Below are positions 8,599 to 15,195 of a stretch of DNA of 24,000 nucleotides, in pieces. This stretch comes from Siphonobacter curvatus. Its GTDB lineage: Bacteria > Bacteroidota > Bacteroidia > Cytophagales > Spirosomataceae. The position numbers and the translations under genes were made by a program. Every line of letters begins with the position of its first letter. The stretch's first letter is position 1. The notes beneath the pieces were generated by a model. That model saw only the letters and a list, made by a program, of their open reading frames with translations. It was not told the origin of the DNA and made no database searches. The DNA lies in assembly GCF_002943425.1 (NCBI RefSeq), contig NZ_PTRA01000002.1, positions 100,090-124,089 of the forward strand, given 5' to 3'.

Positions 8599-8717
8599 GA
8601 AGGTGTCGTATCGCGGCGTTGCTTCGTGTCGCCGGTTCGAATCCGGCTCTGGTCAGCCAGGTAGCTCAGTAGGTAGAGCAGATTTTTGCCCCGAGCTTAT
8701 TACCCTTCTCCACCTTT
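8599..8717 (+). ncRNA. yrlA: YrlA-like Y RNA (module 3): circularly permuted tRNA mimic
   Basis: Leader box AAGGTGTCGTA lies at 8600-8610. The T-arm GCCGG-TTCGAAT-CCGGC (8631-8647) is perfect. It is followed by a closed acceptor-like hairpin TCTGG-TCAG-CCAGG (8648-8661), then TA, then a canonical D-arm GCTC-AGTAGGTA-GAGC (8664-8679). A stem pairs 8611-8618 with 8687-8694. A closing stem pairs AAGGTG (8600-8605) with CACCTT (8711-8716). Confidence 0.8.
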
Positions 8718-8838
8718 AAAGGTGCCGTAAAACAGTGATCCTTCGGTTAGAACATCCGTGCCGATGGGCCGGAAGGTCGCAGGTTCGAGCCCTGCCTTAT
8801 AGTTCAGTTAATAAAGCACTGTTTGCCTGTTGCCCTTT
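8718..8838 (+). ncRNA. Y-RNA-like module 4 (T-arm intact, D-arm decayed)
   Basis: Leader box AAGGTGCCGTA lies at 8719-8729. A variable-loop-like AGGTC (8774-8778) precedes a perfect T-arm GCAGG-TTCGAGC-CCTGC (8779-8795). The downstream TAGTTCAGTTAATAAAGCA (8800-8818) matches the module 3 D-arm segment at 14 of 19 positions, with the loop GG changed to AA. An 8-bp stem pairs AAACAGTG (8730-8737) with CACTGTTT (8817-8824). AAAGG (8718-8722) pairs with CCTTT (8834-8838), followed by a U-rich ATTATTTG. Confidence 0.55.
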
Positions 8839-9182
8839 ATTATTTGTGTAGCATTGGATTAATACGCTAATCTATACTTATTTTAAACGCTTAAACTTAT
8901 AATACAAAACTTGAATGACTTTAATATTTATAATCAACGAATTGTTAATTCTTCTCTAAGTATACATTAGGTAGTAATATGTAAGATTGTATTTAGTAAA
9001 TATCCTTATTAAATAGTTGCTTATCAAGTGGTGTGATTTGCAGTAAATTAAACGATTTAAACTTTAAATATTAATTAAGTAATAAAATAATTTAATCCAT
9101 AAGTATTATTTAATTTACTCAGGTATTAACCTCATATTTTGATAGAAGATTTTAAATAAAAAGTGTTTTCATTAATCATTTT

Positions 9183-9219
9183 AAAGAGTTGCCTGTTAGT
9201 TTACAGGCAACTCTTTTTT
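9183..9219 (+). terminator. Strong rho-independent terminator inside the AT-rich island
   Basis: AAAGAGTTGCCTGT (9183-9196) and ACAGGCAACTCTTT (9203-9216) form a 14-bp perfect stem with a 6-nt loop. The T-run spans 9214-9219. The better T-tract is on the plus strand. Confidence 0.75.
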
Positions 9220-9423
9220 AACTACACTTAATAAATGTAGTTAAGAATAATATTCCTCTAAAATAATTGACCTAACAAATGATCAAGATGCTTAAGTAAG
9301 GCTCAATGAGTAAGAAATGTACGATGTAGTAGCTAGCTCGATGCCCATAGCCTTCATCAAAATATGCTCAGAATTCATCTAATAACGTGATGTAGAATTG
9401 TGTTGTAGTAATTATTGATTTAT

Positions 9424-9445
9424 TTTGTAGTATTAATACTACAAA
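9424..9445. repeat. 22-bp perfect palindrome TTTGTAGTATTAATACTACAAA
   Basis: Read directly: 9424-9434 is the exact reverse complement of 9435-9445. It contains the TGTAGT motif on both strands. Confidence 0.9.
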
Positions 9446-9863
9446 TACATTTTGTACTTAAGAAGTAATGCTCATTTGATGATATTAAGCAATTAATATA
9501 TGTCATTAAATATCATAATTACTACTATAAAATGCGTAAGATATTTAGTATTTGTTTCAGTGTATCTTTTTTTTATAGTAAAGCTAGTTCTTATATACGT
9601 ATAAGTTTGTACAATAATTACTCAAGAAATTGTAGTTTTGTTAGTTTGAAAAAATATCAAAGTTTAACATTTAATAGTACTTAGCTATCTATTATGTGAT
9701 TAGCTGAGCTAAAATTTCCGAACTAGGTTTTGTCAGAATTCGAGGATCTGTTTTCGAATAATTGAATCAAAATGTATAGGAAATTACGATCCTTCCTATC
9801 AGCTGATACATGATTTAGCAATAATGGCAACTCTAGTTATCCTATTAGTCCTGATTAAATACC

Positions 9864-10592
9864 ATGAATTTATTGATTTTAGAAGATGAACGGAAAGCGG
9901 CGAATGAATTGAAACAATCTTTGGAAAACCTGAGGAGCGACCTTCACGTTTGTGCTATCCTGCCGTCCATTGAAGAAGCACGTACTTGGCTGTCCACTCA
10001 TGATGCACCAGATCTTATTTTTGCTGATATAATCTTATCCGACGGTAAAGTCTTCCATCTCTTTAAAGAGATAGAAGTAAAGTCTCCCGTAATCTTCTGC
10101 ACCGCTTACGATGAATTCGCTTTGGAAGCCTTTGAAGCGAATGGCATTGATTATTTACTAAAACCCATTGAAGAAGAAAAGCTACAGCGAAGTTTGGAAA
10201 AGGTAGAAAGGCTGAAAAATGTTTTTTCGCATCAGTCTTTTCTCGAAGACATGAGTCGCCCAAAGAATATATTCGTTCACTTTCGTGATAAGTTAATTCC
10301 TATCGAGCCTACGGCGATCAATTATATATATACACATAACCATGTCGCTTACATTCACACGGATTCCCAGCAGTATGAGATCCGTGAAACATTAGATGAA
10401 CTTGCTTTACTACTGCCTGAGCGTGATTTTTACCGGGCTAATCGACAATACATCATTCCACAGCGAAAAGTACAGCACGTAGAACGTAGTTTTACCCGAA
10501 AATTGACCGTAAAATTAACCGTACCTACTCCTCAACCCGTTGTAGTTAGTAAAGCCAGAGCATCTGAATTTTTACAATGGCTGAAAAACTAG
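9864..10592 (+). CDS. LytTR/AlgR-family response regulator (REC plus LytTR DNA-binding domain)
   Basis: 242 aa. The REC domain shows the acidic pocket LILEDE and the phospho-acceptor context LIFADIILSDG, followed by CTAYDEFALEAFEANGIDYLLKP. The C-terminal part (YRANRQYIIPQRKVQHVE) is typical of LytTR domains. No kinase gene is adjacent. Confidence 0.85.
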   Translation: MNLLILEDERKAANELKQSLENLRSDLHVCAILPSIEEARTWLSTHDAPDLIFADIILSDGKVFHLFKEIEVKSPVIFCTAYDEFALEAFEANGIDYLLKPIEEEKLQRSLEKVERLKNVFSHQSFLEDMSRPKNIFVHFRDKLIPIEPTAINYIYTHNHVAYIHTDSQQYEIRETLDELALLLPERDFYRANRQYIIPQRKVQHVERSFTRKLTVKLTVPTPQPVVVSKARASEFLQWLKN

Positions 10593-10617
10593 TTGTAATC
10601 AGAAAAATAATTTTCCA

Positions 10618-10643
10618 TGACTGTCCTCTTCAGTCGGTTTTTT
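10618..10643 (+). terminator. Possible terminator after the LytTR gene
   Basis: GACTG (10619-10623) and CAGTC (10631-10635) flank a 7-nt loop, followed by GGTTTTTT (10636-10643). The stem is short. Confidence 0.4.
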
Positions 10644-11114
10644 GCCCACTTCAGCATTTTATAGGCTAATATTATCAATTGCTTACTTAATTTCGTTAGA
10701 GAGAGCCGCTTATCAGAATCACACTTAAGCAGATTTTTTTAACAGTATTAACGATCAATTATCATGCCGCCTTTATGCTTTTCAAGCAATTTTCTGCTCC
10801 TTGCTACACATTGCCTATTTATATATCAGATACACCATCTGTTAGTAAAACAGTTTACGTTCATTTCTAATGTTGGCCTGCTAGAGATTTGAAATATACT
10901 TTCATTTCATACTCCGCATTCATCTAGCAATTTGTCGGGATAGTATCAATCTTAAAGATTGAGAGAATCTGTTTATGAACATGCTATATAGTATAGGAAC
11001 CGCTTACGCGAGGCAGAACCAACCGATTACTTTCCCACACCCAGGTCTTCGAAAACGGAGATTCTTGAGTCTTAATACTTTTCAATACCAAACTTTTTCG
11101 AGTCCAATTATTCT

Positions 11115-11768
11115 ATGAAAAATGTCCTCATTTGCGAAGATCACCCCGTCGTAGGTTTAGGAATCAAGTACTTATTAGAATCTAACTTTCCTAAATTGAA
11201 CGTTTACCTCTGTAGTGATTATGAGCAAGCCTTGCACTACTTTAGCACATTGCCCATTTATATGCTAGTACTAGATTTGAATGTGCCGGGGGGTAATTCA
11301 ATCAAAATGCTGGAAACTTTTCTTTACAAACAACAGCAAGCTCGCATACTGGTTTTTTCGGCCTATGATGAAAAAGTTTACGCTTTACCCTGTCTGAAAG
11401 CGGGTGCAAAAGGTTATATCTCCAAGCACGCTGCTCAAGAAGAGGTACTGCTGGCGGTTAAAACAGTATTTAATAATGAGAAATATTTAAGTCCTCAAAT
11501 GCGGCAGGTTAGTATTGACAAACTGCTCCATCAGGCCGAGGAAGTCCATAACAATCCTTTGGAAAATCTATCAGATCGCGAAAAGGAAGTTTTACACTAC
11601 CTGGTAAAGGGCTATGGCCCCGCTGATATTGGACGGCAGCTCAACCTACATATATCCACCATCAGCACGGTCAAAAATCGGGTTTTTAGTAAGTTAGGGG
11701 TCAACAGTATCGTCTCCTTACTCGAAACCATGCGAGTACTTCAAAGTACGCCTTCCGTAGCAGTATAG
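11115..11768 (+). CDS. NarL/FixJ-family response regulator (REC plus LuxR-type HTH)
   Basis: 217 aa. The REC domain carries CEDHPVV and MLVLDLNVPGG. The C-terminal LSDREKEVLHYLVKGYGPADIGRQLNLHISTISTVKNRVFSKLGV is a LuxR/GerE HTH. Confidence 0.9.
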   Translation: MKNVLICEDHPVVGLGIKYLLESNFPKLNVYLCSDYEQALHYFSTLPIYMLVLDLNVPGGNSIKMLETFLYKQQQARILVFSAYDEKVYALPCLKAGAKGYISKHAAQEEVLLAVKTVFNNEKYLSPQMRQVSIDKLLHQAEEVHNNPLENLSDREKEVLHYLVKGYGPADIGRQLNLHISTISTVKNRVFSKLGVNSIVSLLETMRVLQSTPSVAV

Positions 11769-11782
11769 ACTTTTTGTTTACG

Positions 11783-11833
11783 AAGCTTGACCAGCTACTC
11801 TGAAAACCTCAGAGTAGCTGGTCAAGCTTTTTA
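11783..11833 (+). terminator. 21-bp perfect stem-loop plus T-run between the response regulator and kinase genes (terminator or attenuator)
   Basis: AAGCTTGACCAGCTACTCTGA (11783-11803), loop AAACC, then TCAGAGTAGCTGGTCAAGCTT (11809-11829), followed by TTTTA. It sits 15 nt after the regulator stop and 10 nt before the kinase ATG. Confidence 0.65.
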
Positions 11834-11842
11834 CCTACTTTC

Positions 11843-14800
11843 ATGGTATCAAGAATACTTACAGTTTGGCTGATTAGCTGTGGCGTATTGGTAGGCTTAC
11901 CGGGTTATGCTCAAACCTTTCACATCGAACAGTATACAGACGATAATGGTCTGCCTCAAAACAGCGTAAAAAGCATTGCTCGGGATGCTGAAGGGTTTCT
12001 TTGGCTAACGACGGAAGCCGGGCTAGTACGATTTGACGGGAAACAATTTTACACGTCCCTTCATACGCATAGCCAACGTTTTAAGTCATTGTATCCAGAT
12101 CTTTCTGCCGAGGGGAAAAGTTTATATGCCATCAATGAAAAAAACGAGTTTATAAAAATTAAGAACGGTAAAACGTATCCCAAGCAGACCTACTATCAAC
12201 CCCATCTCAAACCCCAATTACCCTCTTTCCCGCTGAGCATTTCTACGGGATTACCGGATAATTATTTCATGTTAGACACTGTTCGCAAGTATCTGATTCC
12301 TATAAAGAATAGTAGTTTTTTTCTGTGTACACATACTACCCTGGATGCATATGTACAGGGCAAAAAAGCGTGTAGTTTCAAAAGGGAATTCAGCAATTTC
12401 AAGCACCTATTCCGGCTGGGTACTAGTTTATTCGAGTTTCGGCCTGATGGAAAGATGAAACGGGTTAGCGAAGAACAACCACGCCTTTTTCCGTTAACGG
12501 GAGATATTCTTCTTAATCCTTCGTATAAAACGTCAAAGCCTACTATACAACTCTACTGGAACAATGCAGCGGATCAGGCCTTCCTGTATTTGGAGGGTTG
12601 TCTGTACCAACTGAGCCAAACGACGGATGCTTTAAAAACCGAGCTAATTTTAAAAGACTTTGATTTCTCACAAGTCAACATTGCTAGTGTATATTATGAT
12701 TCAGTATATAAACGGGTTTTTTTGGGAAGCTTAAGTCAAGGGCTATACGTATGTACCCGAATGGATTTTCAAACCCTGTACCTGAAGGAAGGTGGTCAGA
12801 CGAATGTATTCTATGCCCAGTCTCGATTTCAGGATTCGAGTGTAGTAACGAATAAGGGGGTGGTCATGCGGCCCAATCACCAGCGAACCGTACGTAAGTA
12901 CTTGACCGCTCTTGCTCAAACTAAATTTGATCGGTATATGATGGCCCTCGATCGCCATCAGAATATCTGGACTACCAGCGAAAATAAACTTTATAAATTC
13001 AATGCAACTGGCGACCGTCTACTGCAGCAGTGGCAGCTTCCTGGGCACATTTCCTGTATCTATCAGGGTGATCAAGGACCCCTCTGGATTGGCGTTGATG
13101 GGCAGGGTATTTTCCAGGTAGATGAACAGCAGCAAGCTCCCCAGCTTTACCTCAAAATGCCTAAGGTACGCGTCTCCTACTTTCTATACGAAAATGCCGA
13201 TAAGTTATGGGTAGGGACCTACGCTGGACTTTTTAATATTCAAGGCTCTGCCCGCAAGGTGACTTGGGTACCAGCATTTGATCAGATATATATTCGAAGT
13301 TTACACACTTCCAAAATCGGTGAAGTATGGGTTAGCACTGCTGAAAATGGTATTTATCTGATTCAGGGAACAAAAGTGACACACCTACCCCTAGATCCGC
13401 ATCGTTATATGGCCCAGGCCCATTGCATGATGGAAGACCGTAAGGGCTATCTCTGGATTACTACTAATAAAGGCTTATTCCAGGCGGCTAAGGAGGACTT
13501 GCTTCGGTTTGCTGAAGGAAAAAGCGACGGAACTATTTATTACCATCATTATACCAAAGAGCACGGTTTTCGTATCAATGAATTCAACGGTGGCTGTGAA
13601 CCCTGTGGTTTACGCGTACAAGATCGGTATTTTTCCTTACCTACTTTAAATGGATTGGTGTGGTTTGAACCGGAAAAGATTAAGCCGGAACTACCGGAGC
13701 AGAAAGTACTCATTGATCGTATAAGCCTGGATGGAGCTACGCAATTTCTGTCTTCGGATACCCTTGTACTACCCCCCAATCATACACCCTTAACCATTTA
13801 CGTTACTACGCCATACTTTGGTAATGTCAATAACCTACGCCTGTCCTACGCGTTTACCGCCGATGATGAAAAAGCAAACAGTTGGAATGAGCTCAATAGC
13901 GTTAATCGAACCTTTCAACTTACGCACTTAAGTCCCGGTACGTACAAGCTATCCGTTCGGCTTACGAATGGTTTCGGAAACGATAATTACTCGGTTTGCC
14001 ACCTTACGGTAATCATTCAAAAGCCTTGGTATTTGCGTACGGCATTTTTGATAATCATTGGAGTCATCGCAATGTTATGCGTGTACGGAATGATTGAACT
14101 TCGATCTTCGTACTTAAAGAATAAAAACCGGAAGCTGGAAGCCGTCATTTCCGAACGAACGAGTGAACTCAAACAAATGCTCGCCCTCGTAGAAAACTCA
14201 CAGCAGGAATTGCTCTGGCGAAAATTCATTCAGGATCATATCATTGCGGCCATAAGTCATGATGTAAAAGCTCCCTTAAGGTACGTCGTCGACTTGAATC
14301 AGCTCGTCTATCAGCATTTTCAGAAAGAAGGAACTTCCCCTACAATGTTGGAAATGACTAAGGGAATCTATGATTCGACCTTTCGAATTCAACAATTGAT
14401 CAATAATTTACTGGAGTACGTAAAACCCCAAATGAAGCAGTCGGGAAGCGTATCCTTGCAACCGGTGAATCTTCACGAGCTGGTCACGAATAAAATTTCA
14501 TTCTTCCGGGATAGTGCCCGTAAAAATAGTACAACCGTGGTAAATCGTGTGGCGAATGCCTTGAGCGTGACCAGTAACCCCGAATTACTAGCCATCATTA
14601 TTCATAACTTATTAGATAACGCAATCCGCATTACTAAAAATGGCTACGTAACGATAAAAGCTCAGGAGATGGAGTCCGAAACTCATTTGTCCATTCGCGA
14701 TACGGGCCCTGGCATGCCTTTAACTTTAGTAAACTGGATCAATCAGCCCCAATCGCGTAGTTTAGAAGAGGCAAGTAAGGAACTACCGCCGCAATTGGGT

Positions 14801-14947
14801 CTGGGATTGATTATCCTTAAAGATTTAAGTCAGTTATTAAAAATCCGACTCACGGTGCTTTCCCAAGAAAGGGGAGGTACGGAGGTGCTACTCATCTTTC
14901 AAAACCAGATGCCGGAAGATTTTGAAGTAAACACTCATTTCAGTTAA
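11843..14947 (+). CDS. Sensor histidine kinase with periplasmic two-component-regulator propeller repeats and a Y_Y_Y domain
   Basis: 1034 aa with a signal peptide. It has repeated propeller-type segments (FLWLTTEAGL, LWIGVDGQGIF, LWVGTYAGLF, VWVSTAENGIY, LWITTNKGLF). It also has a TM helix (AFLIIIGVIAMLCVYGMI), H-box SHDVKAPL, N-box HNLLDNAIRIT, G1 IRDTGPGM and G2 GLGLII. There is no receiver or AraC domain. Confidence 0.9.
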   Translation: MVSRILTVWLISCGVLVGLPGYAQTFHIEQYTDDNGLPQNSVKSIARDAEGFLWLTTEAGLVRFDGKQFYTSLHTHSQRFKSLYPDLSAEGKSLYAINEKNEFIKIKNGKTYPKQTYYQPHLKPQLPSFPLSISTGLPDNYFMLDTVRKYLIPIKNSSFFLCTHTTLDAYVQGKKACSFKREFSNFKHLFRLGTSLFEFRPDGKMKRVSEEQPRLFPLTGDILLNPSYKTSKPTIQLYWNNAADQAFLYLEGCLYQLSQTTDALKTELILKDFDFSQVNIASVYYDSVYKRVFLGSLSQGLYVCTRMDFQTLYLKEGGQTNVFYAQSRFQDSSVVTNKGVVMRPNHQRTVRKYLTALAQTKFDRYMMALDRHQNIWTTSENKLYKFNATGDRLLQQWQLPGHISCIYQGDQGPLWIGVDGQGIFQVDEQQQAPQLYLKMPKVRVSYFLYENADKLWVGTYAGLFNIQGSARKVTWVPAFDQIYIRSLHTSKIGEVWVSTAENGIYLIQGTKVTHLPLDPHRYMAQAHCMMEDRKGYLWITTNKGLFQAAKEDLLRFAEGKSDGTIYYHHYTKEHGFRINEFNGGCEPCGLRVQDRYFSLPTLNGLVWFEPEKIKPELPEQKVLIDRISLDGATQFLSSDTLVLPPNHTPLTIYVTTPYFGNVNNLRLSYAFTADDEKANSWNELNSVNRTFQLTHLSPGTYKLSVRLTNGFGNDNYSVCHLTVIIQKPWYLRTAFLIIIGVIAMLCVYGMIELRSSYLKNKNRKLEAVISERTSELKQMLALVENSQQELLWRKFIQDHIIAAISHDVKAPLRYVVDLNQLVYQHFQKEGTSPTMLEMTKGIYDSTFRIQQLINNLLEYVKPQMKQSGSVSLQPVNLHELVTNKISFFRDSARKNSTTVVNRVANALSVTSNPELLAIIIHNLLDNAIRITKNGYVTIKAQEMESETHLSIRDTGPGMPLTLVNWINQPQSRSLEEASKELPPQLGLGLIILKDLSQLLKIRLTVLSQERGGTEVLLIFQNQMPEDFEVNTHFS

Positions 14948-14988
14948 CAAACAGTTGATCGAACCGTAGGTCTATCTCGACTCAGAAA

Positions 14989-15028
14989 ACTGTGGATCGT
15001 TTAGCCCAAAACGATCCACAGTACTTTT
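14989..15028 (+). terminator. Rho-independent terminator of the kinase gene
   Basis: ACTGTGGATCGTTT (14989-15002) and AAACGATCCACAGT (15009-15022) form a 14-bp perfect stem with a 6-nt loop, followed by ACTTTT. Confidence 0.75.
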
Positions 15029-15195
15029 GACGTATAGCTTCATCAGGTATACGCCTTACCCATGCGTTCCGGCCTTTCCGTTCAGCTTCAAACGTTTATC
15101 GAATTCCGGTAGAACTTCCCCTTCGAAGGAATGTTTTTTTTACAATGTATACCGATCCCCACTTTTTTGTAATTACATAAGCAAGTATATAAACT

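Larger units (their letters stand above)
8840..9863. other. ORF-free, extremely AT-rich intergenic island
   Basis: No ORF of 60 aa or more on any frame. Direct counts give 7 G+C in 9061-9120 and 13 G+C in 9421-9480 (each of 60 nt). A susC line (20101-20160) has 36 of 60. Confidence 0.9.

Noticed and set aside
8631-8800. Genuine tRNA genes, suggested by GGTTCGAATCC-type T-arms (8516, 8631, 8779; also 7502) and a canonical D-arm at 8664-8679
   Set aside because: No complete cloverleaf in tRNA order with a 7-nt anticodon loop can be assembled. The D-arm at 8664-8679 is followed by no anticodon arm or T-arm. The T-arm at 8631 precedes rather than follows it. Module 1 has a UUCG tetraloop in place of an anticodon. 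They are better explained as tRNA mimics. tRNAscan-SE should still be run.
8915-10892. Tiny ORFs in the AT-rich spacers: 14 aa (8915..8959 +, MTLIFIINELLILL), 28 aa (9292..9378 -), 21 aa overlapping the LytTR start (9824..9889 +, MATLVILLVLIKYHEFIDFRR), 42 aa (10764..10892 +)
   Set aside because: ORFs of this size are expected by chance. None has a recognisable ribosome-binding context or motif. A signalling-peptide role next to a LytTR regulator is tempting but unsupported by the sequence alone. Ribosome profiling or conservation analysis would be needed.
12743-14229. Antisense ORFs inside the histidine kinase gene (12743..12958, 13549..13779, 14017..14229). Analogous ones occur in other genes (75..412, 699..1253, 4229..4462, 5394..5588, 7104..7328, 7753..8250, 10063..10263, 15490..16548, 17919..18231, 23375..23590)
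   Set aside because: Each is contained within a longer ORF on the other strand or frame that has clear family motifs. None has a recognisable domain.
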